A stretch of DNA of 64,000 bases from an uncultured Chloroflexia bacterium (GCA_963718915.1 CAVRAI010000015.1:167812-231811); one strand, 5' to 3'. Counted from the first letter of the stretch, positions 50,678-60,196 are shown. Notes: a model not told the origin generated them from the sequence alone. Translations and numbers: made by a program.

Positions 50678-50864
50678 GGGTGCGGGCGGTTCAAACCGCG
50701 CCTCTTTGACCTCACTCCGTTTGGCCACAAAACCCGCCTGCGCGGGTTTCAGAGACCCGCTCACCATTGGATTCATCATCAGGACAGGTTCTGGGGAGTC
50801 CGCGCAGGCGGACTTCGTGGCGGAGCGGAGCGAGGCCATTTAGGCGCGACTTCAGTCGCCAGCC
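50678..50864. repeat. Inverted pair of R1 repeats directly after the TIR-TPR stop codon
   Basis: Copy at about 50678-50750 is the reverse complement of the R1 consensus; 50797-50864 is a forward copy. Confidence 0.8.
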
Positions 50865-50899
50865 GTGTGGCGTGTCCCTCCTGTTCATCCAAACCCGCA

Positions 50900-51337
50900 T
50901 TATCCGCCCGCGCTCCCCGCGTCGCTGTCGGCAGGCGGCGTTTCGGGCATGGCGGCGGCGCGGATGGCGGCCAGTAGCTCGGCAATGCGTACCGGCTTGT
51001 CGAGATAGGCGGCTGCGCCCGCGTTGAGCGCGAGCACCTTCACATTAGGGTCGGCGTAGGCGCTGAGGATGATCACTTTGGTATCGGGCAGCAGCGCGCG
51101 CAGGTCTTTGAGCACCAACCGTTTCGAGATGAAGCGCGTGTCTCCGGTGATGATGTCCATATCCAGCAGCAGCACATCCGGGCACAGGCGCTCGACCGCC
51201 TCGATGACCTCGCTCCCGCTGGCGGCCTCGCCGACAACGCTCATATCCGACTGCCTCGCGAGCGCGCGCCGCAGAATGGCGCGCATGGCCTGCGTGCCCT
51301 CGGCAATCAGTATGGAAATGGTGGCGTTCTCGCTCAT
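50900..51337 (-). CDS. Stand-alone response-regulator receiver (CheY-like)
   Basis: ISILIAEG...DVLLLDMD...VIILSAY...YLDKPV. No output domain. Confidence 0.75.
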   Translation of the reverse strand: MSENATISILIAEGTQAMRAILRRALARQSDMSVVGEAASGSEVIEAVERLCPDVLLLDMDIITGDTRFISKRLVLKDLRALLPDTKVIILSAYADPNVKVLALNAGAAAYLDKPVRIAELLAAIRAAAMPETPPADSDAGSAGG

Positions 51338-51385
51338 GGTCAACCAGACCTCATTAACGAATGCTCGTCTGCTGACCACATGATA

Positions 51386-51793
51386 CTACATTGCGTCGGT
51401 GGCGGGAAGCGTCACGGTCTCGGCAAGCGCTCGAATCGTCTCGGGGAGGGCGGTCAGCGTCTCGAACTTGGAGAGGAAGCAGGTGGCGCCCGCAGCGAGC
51501 GCGCGGGTGCGTGTCATGAGGTCGTCCTCCATGCTGAGGACGATAATTGGCGTATCAGGCAGCACGGCGCGTAGCGCTTTAGTCGCGGCAATGCCATCCA
51601 TCTGCGGCATACGCGCATCCATCACGATCACATCGGGACGCAGTTGCAGCGCCAGAGTGAGCGCCTCCACGCCGTTTGCGGCCTCGCCGATGACCCGCAT
51701 ATCTGGCTCCAGCCGCAGCCAGAGCTTCAGCCCATAGCGAACCGCCAGGCAATTATCGGCAATCAGCAACGTAATGGTAGATTCCTTGCCCAT
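51386..51793 (-). CDS. Stand-alone response-regulator receiver (CheY-like)
   Basis: ITLLIADN...DVIVMDARMPQMDG...IIVLSME...FLSK. GCAGGAGGC RBS before ATG 51793. Confidence 0.75.
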   Translation of the reverse strand: MGKESTITLLIADNCLAVRYGLKLWLRLEPDMRVIGEAANGVEALTLALQLRPDVIVMDARMPQMDGIAATKALRAVLPDTPIIVLSMEDDLMTRTRALAAGATCFLSKFETLTALPETIRALAETVTLPATDAM

Positions 51794-52271
51794 CTCGTCT
51801 GCCTCCTGCGCTGTTGAATACATGGACAACGTTGGCCAGTGTATCCGCCAACCTGACATATCGTAGTACAGGATGAGGCATCCGAAATCGCGCAAATGAT
51901 GTGTTGTCTCTCAGTCTTTGGACTGAATCGGATATCTTTACCCTACACACCGCCACCTGGGCATTCTCAAGCGAGAGAAGGCAAATGCCTCGCCGCCAGG
52001 TCATAGGGCCAGGATGGCGCGCACGTCGTACTATGACCATGAATACTTGCCTTCACCATCCTCAAATCTATGCTCGCCCGCCGTAGTCCGCATGTTGCTT
52101 CGTAAGTTTAGTAAACGAGACTTGATTCTTTCCCGAATTCTGCTATCATGATTTGCACAATCGCGCGTAAGATATTCGCCCGAGTAAGAGCGTCTAATGA
52201 CGTAAGAGGGCCGATGGCCAGCGCCATCGTGAGGATGGAAGCGCGGTTTGTCGCCTCGATTGTATATCTAC

Positions 52272-52299
52272 TTGACCAGTTGCAAAAACATGATATCCT
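52272..52299 (+). promoter_or_regulatory. Promoter candidate for the vWA/PP2C/kinase locus
   Basis: TTGACC-N16-TATCCT with TG extended -10 (tgatatcct), inside a 480-bp AT-richer gap. Confidence 0.25.
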
Positions 52300-52374
52300 C
52301 GATTCTGAGTTCGACAGAACGACTATGCATAGTGTGGTATAGTTGGGGAAAACAGGCGACAACAGGAGGCATTG

Positions 52375-53622
52375 ATGGATGTCCAAAAGCTGGAGGCCGT
52401 AGATCCAACACTTGCGCATGAAATCAACACCTTTGCTGTCAGCATTCCGCGCGATGCCAAAATGGGGCTTGGCCGCCTGGAGAGTGTTGTGCAGCGATTT
52501 GACTACCTTTCGCCCGACGCGGCCAACCTGATCCTGGATCCCAACAGTTTTGCGCAAGAGGTCGAACAGATCTATGAAAGAAGGATCCCTTTCTGGATCA
52601 TTATGCGCAACATTACCAGCATCCTTCCCTTGTTGGCGACCTGGATCTCCCTTTTTCTGGCATCAAACGCCTACAGCGATTTCATTAAGCATCCTCTTGA
52701 GGGACAAGATACTACGGCATCGTTCTTCGTCTTATGGCAGAACAGCTTTTATGGCCGCCCAACGTACTCTTTCTCCGTCGCCGCGATAATCGACGTTGTT
52801 CTGCTGGCTCTCTTCCTCTACCTGACGATTTCGGTGCAGCGCCAGGAGCAGAGAGCGCAGACGAAGGCCACGGTATTTGCCAATAACCTTCAGGCGATCT
52901 CCACCCGCCTGGTCGGCTTCATCGCGGAAAAAGGCAGCATCGCGCTTCCTCCCGGCGCCAACGTCCAGACGGTGGCCGATGCGGTCAATCGCGCCAGCAC
53001 GCAGGCGATTCAGGCCAGCAGGCAGATTGCGGATGAGGCGCGGAAACACATCGACGACGCCGAGAAGCGTGTTGATGCCCTGGTGAATCAGTTATCGCAA
53101 CGGCTCACCGACATCCAGACGCAGATGAAGGATCTGGCGACCGCGACGAATAGCCTCGGCACGTCGGCGACAACACTCTCGTCGGGCGCAACTTCACTTG
53201 CGGGCAGCGCGGGACAGTATATCGCGGCGGGGCAGGAAATCAAGCAACACTTATCAACCCTGAACCAGACCGAGACGCAGCTGACCCAGCATCTGGGTAC
53301 GATTGCCACAAGCGTCAGCACGGCGGTCAACGGGTTCACCAGCGCGACCCAGGAGGTACAGACGCTCTCGAAACTGGTCGATCAGGCGTCACGGCACGTC
53401 GCGGGCGCCACCGGCAGCCTGCAGGCGACAGGGCAATCGCTCTATGACACCGCCCAGGAGCTTAGTCGTTCAGGTAGAGCGATCGAGGACGCCTCCCATC
53501 AGTTCGAACAGGCCTTGCGGGTCGCTGGCTATAACAGCCGTCGCGGCGGCGGCGGGAGCGTCTTTGACTGGATGTTTCGGCGAGGCTCGAAGCGTCGCGT
53601 CCGAAAGGGAGGTACGCCATGA
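52375..53622 (+). CDS. Membrane protein: cytoplasmic N-domain, 2 TM helices, about 250-aa Ala/Ser/Thr/Gln-rich coiled-coil, Arg/Gly-rich basic tail
   Basis: TM segments IPFWIIMRNITSILPLLATWISLFLA and FSVAAIIDVVLLALFLYLTISV. Heptad-like low-complexity region. Tail RRGGGGSVFDWMFRRGSKRRVRKGG. ACAGGAGGC RBS before ATG 52375. Confidence 0.65.
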   Translation: MDVQKLEAVDPTLAHEINTFAVSIPRDAKMGLGRLESVVQRFDYLSPDAANLILDPNSFAQEVEQIYERRIPFWIIMRNITSILPLLATWISLFLASNAYSDFIKHPLEGQDTTASFFVLWQNSFYGRPTYSFSVAAIIDVVLLALFLYLTISVQRQEQRAQTKATVFANNLQAISTRLVGFIAEKGSIALPPGANVQTVADAVNRASTQAIQASRQIADEARKHIDDAEKRVDALVNQLSQRLTDIQTQMKDLATATNSLGTSATTLSSGATSLAGSAGQYIAAGQEIKQHLSTLNQTETQLTQHLGTIATSVSTAVNGFTSATQEVQTLSKLVDQASRHVAGATGSLQATGQSLYDTAQELSRSGRAIEDASHQFEQALRVAGYNSRRGGGGSVFDWMFRRGSKRRVRKGGTP

Positions 53623-54242
53623 TGCGCTCGCTTAGCAGTGAACGCAAGTTGCCGATCTATCTGCTCATCGATACATCGGCAGCAATGAGTGGGGCTGCGA
53701 TTGATTCGATGAGAAGTTCTCTGCTCGAGTTGAAACACCAGCTCGTCGAGTCTCCACAGACGTTGGAGAACGCCCTGGTGAGTCTGATTGTTTTTAGTGA
53801 TGTCGCGCGACTGTATGAGTTTGTGCCAATCGATGAACTGGACCCGCCTGCCCTGGTTGCGTCGGGAGGGCGATCCGTCGGGGCGGCCCTGCATGTGCTG
53901 GTCGAGTCGCTCCAGCATGATATCGATGCATTGCGGGTTGGTTCTCGCAGTCCGCAGCGTCCGCTGGTGGTCCTGGTTCTCGGCGGGCCGACAACCGACT
54001 CCTACGAGCGCGATCTCAACGCGCTCCTCGCGCTGCCAGCAGGGCGTCGACCAACGTTTGTCGTACTGGCCTGTGGTGATGCGGTCGACACATCGTTTTT
54101 GCAGCCGCTTCATCCATTCACATTTCACACAAGAGTGGTCACGCCGGAGACACTGGCGCAAGCGTTTGGCGTTGTCTCGCGGACGATCATTCAGTCGTCG
54201 CGCGGAGTGCCGCGGGATACCCTGGTTCCGCCAGTCAATTAG
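53619..54242 (+). CDS. vWA-domain protein, TerY-like, degenerate MIDAS
   Basis: KLPIYLLIDTSAAMSG (DxSxA) ... LVVLVLGGPTTD (TDG replaced by LGG). ATGA overlap with the upstream stop. Confidence 0.8.
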   Translation: MMRSLSSERKLPIYLLIDTSAAMSGAAIDSMRSSLLELKHQLVESPQTLENALVSLIVFSDVARLYEFVPIDELDPPALVASGGRSVGAALHVLVESLQHDIDALRVGSRSPQRPLVVLVLGGPTTDSYERDLNALLALPAGRRPTFVVLACGDAVDTSFLQPLHPFTFHTRVVTPETLAQAFGVVSRTIIQSSRGVPRDTLVPPVN

Positions 54243-54335
54243 TAGTGGCTGGCGCTGCTCGCTCGTATATGCGCCAATGGAGCGAGTGGCAATGAGGCGA
54301 TTCAGCCGTGCAGGCATGAAAGGGGCATGGGACGT

Positions 54336-54998
54336 ATGGATCCATCCATGGGTGGGCAGCAACGAAAATTTCCGGTGTATCTCCTGTTAGACTGTTCCAG
54401 TTCGATGTCAGGCGCGCCGATCATCGCCGTCAATGAAGGGCTGGAGCTTGTCTATCGAGAGTTGATGCGAGATCCGCAGGCGCGAGAAAGTGTCTGGATC
54501 AGTCTCATACGTTTTGCGTCCGCGGCTTCGCAGGATCCGCTGACTCCTATCGATCAATTTGTTCCGCCGACGGTCACTGCGAGTGGCAGCACGGCGATGG
54601 GCGGCGCGTTCACGCTCCTCGTCGATTCCATCAAACAGGACCTGGCGGCCAAGTCTGGTAGTCATCGCGGCGACTATCGCCCGCTGGTTTTCCTGCTGAC
54701 AGACGGCGCCCCAACCGATAACTGGCAAGGCCCTGTGCAAAACCTGAAGGCGCTCAGCGGCGCGCAGAAACCCGCCATTGTCGCGCTGGGCTGTGGCGGC
54801 GGTGTGAACGCGCCGATGCTCAGTCAGGTCACGAGTGAAGTCTATTTGATGGCCAATGTCACGGGCGATCAGTTGAAGGCGTTCTTCCGCCTCATCTCGG
54901 GGTCTATCGTCTCGGCGTCACGCGCGGCGGGGGCGGGTGGCGAAGCCAGCATGCAGGCGCCAGACGCGATTCCCGGCGTCATCAAGTACTCGCCGTAA
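54336..54998 (+). CDS. vWA-domain protein, TerY-like, intact MIDAS
   Basis: KFPVYLLLDCSSSMSG (DxSxS) ... ASGSTAMG ... LVFLLTDGAPTD. Start 54336 or 54327. Confidence 0.85.
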   Translation: MDPSMGGQQRKFPVYLLLDCSSSMSGAPIIAVNEGLELVYRELMRDPQARESVWISLIRFASAASQDPLTPIDQFVPPTVTASGSTAMGGAFTLLVDSIKQDLAAKSGSHRGDYRPLVFLLTDGAPTDNWQGPVQNLKALSGAQKPAIVALGCGGGVNAPMLSQVTSEVYLMANVTGDQLKAFFRLISGSIVSASRAAGAGGEASMQAPDAIPGVIKYSP

Positions 54999-55038
54999 TT
55001 CCCGGCGTTTTTGCCCGCGATGCGTCTCTACCCGGCCC

Positions 55039-55083
55039 GCGCATGTGCCGCATGTGTTGCGTGAGTCGCATGTGTCGTATGAA
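55039..55083. repeat. Five imperfect tandem 9-mers (CGCATGTGY-like)
   Basis: cgcatgtgc cgcatgtgt tgcgtgagt cgcatgtgt cgtatgaac, in the gap between the 2nd and 3rd vWA genes. Confidence 0.6.
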
Positions 55084-55203
55084 CCGCAGACACTGGATGA
55101 GATGCATCGCGCCAAATGATAAAGCTCACCGGGCTGCTCTGGCGGCCCGGATAGTTGCGATGTAGCGCGCGATGCGCGACGGAGTCAGAGAAGAGGCTCA
55201 GCG

Positions 55204-55860
55204 ATGTCGGGAACCCGTGTGCGCCCAAGACGACTGCCGGTCTTCTTCCTCGTCGATGACTCCGCGGCCATGATCGGCGCCATGGCGGTCGCGGCCTCTG
55301 AAGGGTTGCAGGCGTTTCAGCGAGACGTACAGGCGCATGACATTGGCGTGCGCAGCGTCTACTTGAGTGTCTCCCTGCTGGGCGAACAGGCGTACACGTC
55401 GCCGCTCAACTCCCTCGCGCTTTTCACCATGCCGTCGTTCCAGGCGCAGGGCGAGTGTTCGCTCACTCCGGGGCTGCGGCACGTGCAACGCGAGATTGAC
55501 GACTCGGTGGTCGCGGACGCGCCCGAACAGTTGCGCGATCTGCACCCTACCGTCTTTGTCATTGTTGGTGGAGCGCTCAAAGACGACCCCGATGACCTGC
55601 GGGCGGCGGTGGATTCCCTTGCGCAGCTCGATGGCGCGCGGCGGCCACGGCTTTTTACCATCACCGCCGCGCGTGACCATGATGCGCTCAAGCTCCTGGG
55701 CGGCCATCTGCTGCAGATGTCGCACGCCGATGGCGACACTGTGGCGAATGCGTTCGCATGGGCCAGGGAACTTGTCATCGCTATCTGCGAGATGCAGGCG
55801 CGCGGTGAGCACGACCTGAATCTGCCAGCCTATCCCGCGGGAATCACACTCCTGTCGTAG
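55204..55860 (+). CDS. vWA-domain protein, divergent TerY-like, degenerate MIDAS
   Basis: RLPVFFLVDDSAAMIG (DxSxA) ... VFVIVGGALKDD. Confidence 0.7.
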   Translation: MSGTRVRPRRLPVFFLVDDSAAMIGAMAVAASEGLQAFQRDVQAHDIGVRSVYLSVSLLGEQAYTSPLNSLALFTMPSFQAQGECSLTPGLRHVQREIDDSVVADAPEQLRDLHPTVFVIVGGALKDDPDDLRAAVDSLAQLDGARRPRLFTITAARDHDALKLLGGHLLQMSHADGDTVANAFAWARELVIAICEMQARGEHDLNLPAYPAGITLLS

Positions 55861-55962
55861 TGCTCGTACTGCGCGACTCAATCGAACGCCTGTGCTGCGC
55901 GAATCGCCGCCACTGGCTGGCGGCGCGTGATGCGTCGATCTATCGACCTCCACGGAGGGACA

Positions 55963-56280
55963 ATGGCTGGCATGAAGAAGTTCGGGTCGGGTTGTCTGAG
56001 AATTGCGCTCATGGCAGGCGTGATCGCGATTGTAATCGCGTTTGCCTTTCTCAGTTGGCCTAGGAGCGGCGCCATTCAGCTTTCTTCACCGGATCATTCC
56101 AGAGACAGTCATGGCAGGGTGTCGCGCGACGTCTGCATTCCATCGAATCGCTATCCTGGCCGCCATCGTTCTGGCTGGTGGCATGCATCATCGCTGGGTC
56201 TGATATTGGGCCGTGTGTTCTTTGCCAAGAGTCCGCGCCAAGAGACAAGTGCACAAGCGCAGGAGGTCTGGTTCCCATGA
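55963..56280 (+). CDS. Possible small single-pass membrane protein; may itself be frame-disrupted
   Basis: GGAGGG RBS. MKKFGSGCLRIALMAGVIAIVIAFAFLSW. A second hydrophobic stretch (RIAILAAIVLAGG) lies in another frame. Confidence 0.3.
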   Translation: MAGMKKFGSGCLRIALMAGVIAIVIAFAFLSWPRSGAIQLSSPDHSRDSHGRVSRDVCIPSNRYPGRHRSGWWHASSLGLILGRVFFAKSPRQETSAQAQEVWFP

Positions 56281-57804
56281 TGAACGATAACGCTCCCCGA
56301 TACCGACGATGTAGAGCAATTGCGAGCGGATCGCAAGCAATACTATGACGATGCCCAGAACAACCAATAGAATGTACAACAACATGAAAGCCGACCGGGA
56401 CAACGTACAGGCCGACCGGGATAATATTCAGCAACAACTGGATCAACTAAAAGCCGACAGGGAAAAAACAGTAAGCCGCGACAAATATGAGAGGCTTAAG
56501 CAAGATTATCAACTACTAGAAAGCGACTTTAAGCGCGCGCAAGACGGCCTATCAAACTGCACAAGAGATCAATCGAATCAGCTGCAACAGCAGATTGACC
56601 AGCCTTAACCGTGAAGTTGCGAACCTGCGCGGTGACAGTAATAACCTCACCTGGCGGCTACGAACCGCGAAAGAGCGCGAGCAGGCGCTGATGCTGGAGA
56701 ACCAGGGGCGGGAGCGTGAGGTTCAGCGGTTGCGCGAGCGCCTCACGCAGTTGCAGCGGGGCGGAGCCGCCGGGCCTATCGCGACTGCGGAGTTTGCAGA
56801 TCCTGAGCCGGGCGATCCGCCCGATTATGAGCGCGAGAAAGAGAAACACAACCATCGTAAGGTCATTCCTGAAAACGGTGGGCCGTTCCAACTGGCCGAA
56901 GGGTGGCGGCTTATCGGCGCCAGTCGGCGCGGACGCGGGCACGAACTTAACCATAAATATCGCGATGACGATTTCGCGGTACAGGTGTTTGGGAATGGGC
57001 GCGCGGTGGCGGTGGCCATCGCGGATGGCCTGGGCAGCAAGGAGTTCTCCCGCTGGGGCGCTCGCTCGGCGGTCAATGGCGCGATACTCGCCCTTGAGGA
57101 ACGTGGCGTGCTGCAACTCGCCACCACGGTCGCAAAGCTGGGTGAGCAGCGACGGCCATCAGCTCGCACAAGCCTCACAAGCCGCACAGCGCCAGTTCGA
57201 CGAAGAAATGTTTAACAGGCATAAAGCTCGTGATGAGTTCGCGAAACAACTGATCGAGCAGATGCTAGTTGGGGCGCGCGACATGGTTAGGCAGAAAGCG
57301 GATAAAGAATCCAAATCTGTCGATGAGCTGCACTCGACACTGCTGGTCTTTCTCGCGATTCCGCACAAGATGCCGCACAACGAGCAGTTCATGTTCTTCG
57401 CCAGCGCGCAGGTGGGCGATGGCGCAATACGGTCGGTCAGCCGCGCCACATCGAGCGGACAGTGGACGTTGCAGGAGCAGCCGCAGCTCAACGGCATCGA
57501 CAATGAGGTGCAGCCGTTCATGCGTTTCGATCCCAGTCACTACCGCGATCGCGATTTCATTCATGTCACCGACCTGGAATCGCCCGAGTTCATCGTCGGC
57601 ATGACCGACGGCACACTGGACGATATCGAGGGTGGTCCCGATGAGAATGGGCTATTCAAGGGCATCGAGGACTTCTATGGTCGCATCAGGCAAGAGGCGA
57701 TAGCCACGCGCACACCCGCGTCGGGTTTATACGAGTTTCTGGGCTATCGGAAACGCGCCTCGTTCGATGATCGCACGCTCGTCTGTCTATATCGGGGATC
57801 GTAG
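56277..57804 (+). pseudogene. Coiled-coil + PP2C-family phosphatase, readable only across about 4 frame changes
   Basis: AGGAGG RBS and ATG 56277. Frames run 0>1>2>0>1 with junctions near 56296-56300, 56366-56370, 56598-56606 and 57136-57150. PP2C motifs RRGRGHELNHKYRDDDF, AVAIADGLGS, VGDGA, GMTDG. Confidence 0.65.
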
Positions 57805-57816
57805 AGGAGAAAGCTT

Positions 57817-59263
57817 ATGCCATCGCCGTCGGTGACTGTGACCTATGCTGACAATACCACTGAAGAGTTCGTAGATGTTATTGGGCAGGGCGCGCAGGGC
57901 ATCATTCTTGCCTCGCGGGATGGCCGCAGCGCCGTCAAGCTCTACCCTCCTAGCACCTCACTGGCCGATGCGCAGCGCCGTGCCGAAATTATTTTGCGTC
58001 TCATCAATGAACTGAACCCGACCAGGGATGATCCCTACTGGCAAGACTACTTCACCTGGCCCGAAAAACTGGTCGTCAGCCCTCTGATAGGCTATCGTAT
58101 GCGCCTCGCCGCGAATATGAAGACGATGGCGAATTATGTTTCCCAAAAACATTCAACAGCATGGCCCCCAAAGACCAGGGGTGGTTCCTGGGACGCATGG
58201 CCGCCGCCATCAAGATCGCCAACGTCGCCCAGCGCATGTCGGCGCGTGGCATCTGCTATCCAGACTTCTCCTTCAACAACGTGATGCTCGACGCCTTCGA
58301 CGGGCGCATGACGCTTGATCGACTGCGACAGTATTACCGTTCCGGGCACCGTGCCCCCGGAGGTGATTGGCACGTTTAATTTCTGGCGCCAGAGCTGTGG
58401 AGCCAGCAGCAGAAGATTCCCACCGTCACGAGCGACCGCCACTCGCTGGCGACGGTGCTCTACTACCTGCTGGTCGGCTATCATCCGCTGATAGGGTGAC
58501 AAAGTCCATTTCCCCGACGATCCTGACAAGGACGATGTGGCGCGCCTTGGCCCGCAGGCGCTCTATATCGAGGACCCCAACGACCAGTCGAACCGGAATG
58601 CTACACCAGCGCATCTTTGCCAGCATGCTCGGTACAGAACTGGACGAACTCTTCCGCGAGGTGTTTGTCGCGGGGCTACATCATCCTACCGCTCGCCCGC
58701 AGCCGCAGCAGTGGCTTCCGGCGCTTGTGCGTGCCTTTGACCGGATTGTTCCCTGCGAGACGCCCGCGCCGCAGTGCTGGTGGCACAGCTTTGTCGCGCT
58801 TCCGCAGAACAACTTCACCTGTCCCTGCTGCAATCAGCGCCTCCGGGAGCCACGTACGCTGCCGTTTGTCTACCTGTTGCCGCATAACAAGACCAAAGAT
58901 CCCGAAGCCTATGACGAGGCCATTGGCCGCGATAAGCATCACATCGTGGGCTGGCCGGAGCGCTCGCTCTTTGAATGGCATACGATCATCGGCAAGCCCG
59001 CCTGGCACACCGACCCGCAGCATCCGGTCTCGCGCACGCCACAGGCTACATTCCTACATAACAGCGGCAGCGACGAGTGGCAGTTGCGGAACGATGCGCT
59101 GCCGGAGATGGCGGTGCGTAGCGGAGGATCGTGGACCCCGGTGGCGCGGGGAGCGTCCACACCGCTGACCCACGGCACGGTGCTTCGCTTTGGTCCTGGG
59201 CCTGTTGTCGGCTCCGGCCCCGTTTATTATCGCGCGCGGGTTGTGCTGCACCATCTGGCATAA
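57817..59263 (+). pseudogene. Ser/Thr protein kinase with C-terminal Cys-cluster and FHA-like domain, readable only across at least 5 frame changes
   Basis: G-loop GQGAQG, SAVKLY, catalytic PDFSFNNVML, LIDCDS, FLAPEL, then CETPAPQCW...CPCCNQ. Junctions near 58138-58166, 58311-58316, 58374-58380, 58494-58497 and 58594-58600. Confidence 0.65.
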
Positions 59264-59273
59264 GGGGGAACGC

Positions 59274-59816
59274 ATGCCATTGCGCGCTATTCCGAAGATA
59301 GATGAGCGCCAACCGTGGCCGACGATTACGATCTCGACGCGCGAGCGCGAAGTAATCGCCACGCCTGCTCACGCGCCCGCGCCCGTGCCGGGGTCGAGAA
59401 AGACCACCCATCCCTTAGCGCAAAAAAGGGTCACGGCGCCGCCGAGCCACACGCAGGGAACACAGAACCCGCCACCGCTGCCGCCGCTGTCAGCATCGCC
59501 GGGTGGCGCGGGAAGCGTTGTGTTGGGATGGCTCGCCGCTTTCCCCAAGGGTGCGCTGATCGGCGCTACCTTGTTTGCGATCTATTATGGATTCTTTCTC
59601 AATCGCGCGTTCTGGCTGGTCGATTGGCACTGGGCCTATCTCGCGGGTGGAGTGGTTCTGGCCACCATCCTGATTCGCTTCGACCGCATGCTGATCCTGC
59701 TGGCGGCTGTTGGGTTGTGGTATAGCCGCGCGACCCTGCTAGATGCGCCGGAGCTGTTCGCGGTCTGGATTGCTGGTGGCATTATTGGTCGGCTACTGTA
59801 TGAGGCGTTGCCGTAA
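59274..59816 (+). CDS. Membrane protein: Pro-rich N-terminus plus about 4 TM helices
   Basis: AAGGGGGA RBS. GSVVLGWLAAFPKGALIGATLFAIYYGFFL, WAYLAGGVVLATILIRF and similar stretches. Confidence 0.55.
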   Translation: MPLRAIPKIDERQPWPTITISTREREVIATPAHAPAPVPGSRKTTHPLAQKRVTAPPSHTQGTQNPPPLPPLSASPGGAGSVVLGWLAAFPKGALIGATLFAIYYGFFLNRAFWLVDWHWAYLAGGVVLATILIRFDRMLILLAAVGLWYSRATLLDAPELFAVWIAGGIIGRLLYEALP

Positions 59817-59836
59817 GTTTGTCTGAGGAGGCCGTC

Positions 59837-60196
59837 ATGGCAAGAGACCTGCCCTACCTGCCCAGTCCAGCTGCATCCGGGTCGTGGCCGACGTTTAGTC
59901 TCGATATGGGTACCCGCCAGAACATCGCAAGCGGGAGAGGTCCGCGAGCCAGTGGGTCGAATCCTTCCCCGCAAGGCGCTCACGTAGGTGTGATGCCGCC
60001 GCCACCCTTGAACCCTGGCGGCGCACAGGACTCTAACCCCGGCGGAGTAGGGGGCGGCAACGTGGTACGTCGGTACGATCCGGCTACAGGCCAAATTATT
60101 CGTACCCCGCAGGCGCAAACGCATGCCACTAGGCCGGGCGAGCCGGGTGGGATCAAACCGGCGAAACAACCCATCCGGACGGCTGGTCCGCAATAA
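59837..60196 (+). CDS. Gly/Pro-rich, probably disordered protein
   Basis: GAGGAGG RBS 5 nt before ATG 59837. Low-complexity sequence; no domain. Confidence 0.35.
   Translation: MARDLPYLPSPAASGSWPTFSLDMGTRQNIASGRGPRASGSNPSPQGAHVGVMPPPPLNPGGAQDSNPGGVGGGNVVRRYDPATGQIIRTPQAQTHATRPGEPGGIKPAKQPIRTAGPQ

Noticed and set aside
52108-52557. 149-aa minus-strand ORF
   Set aside because: It spans the AT-rich promoter gap and the 5' end of the 52375 gene, with no RBS or motif.
56060-56446. 128-aa minus-strand ORF with hydrophobic repeats
   Set aside because: It is antisense to the start of the coiled-coil PP2C gene, and its repeats mirror the ADRDN direct repeat on the plus strand.
56277-59263. Programmed ribosomal frameshifting or recoding as the explanation for the frame changes
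   Set aside because: There are about 9-10 changes, of mixed direction in the kinase. I saw no shared slippery heptamer or downstream structure. Assembly error or pseudogenisation is far more parsimonious.
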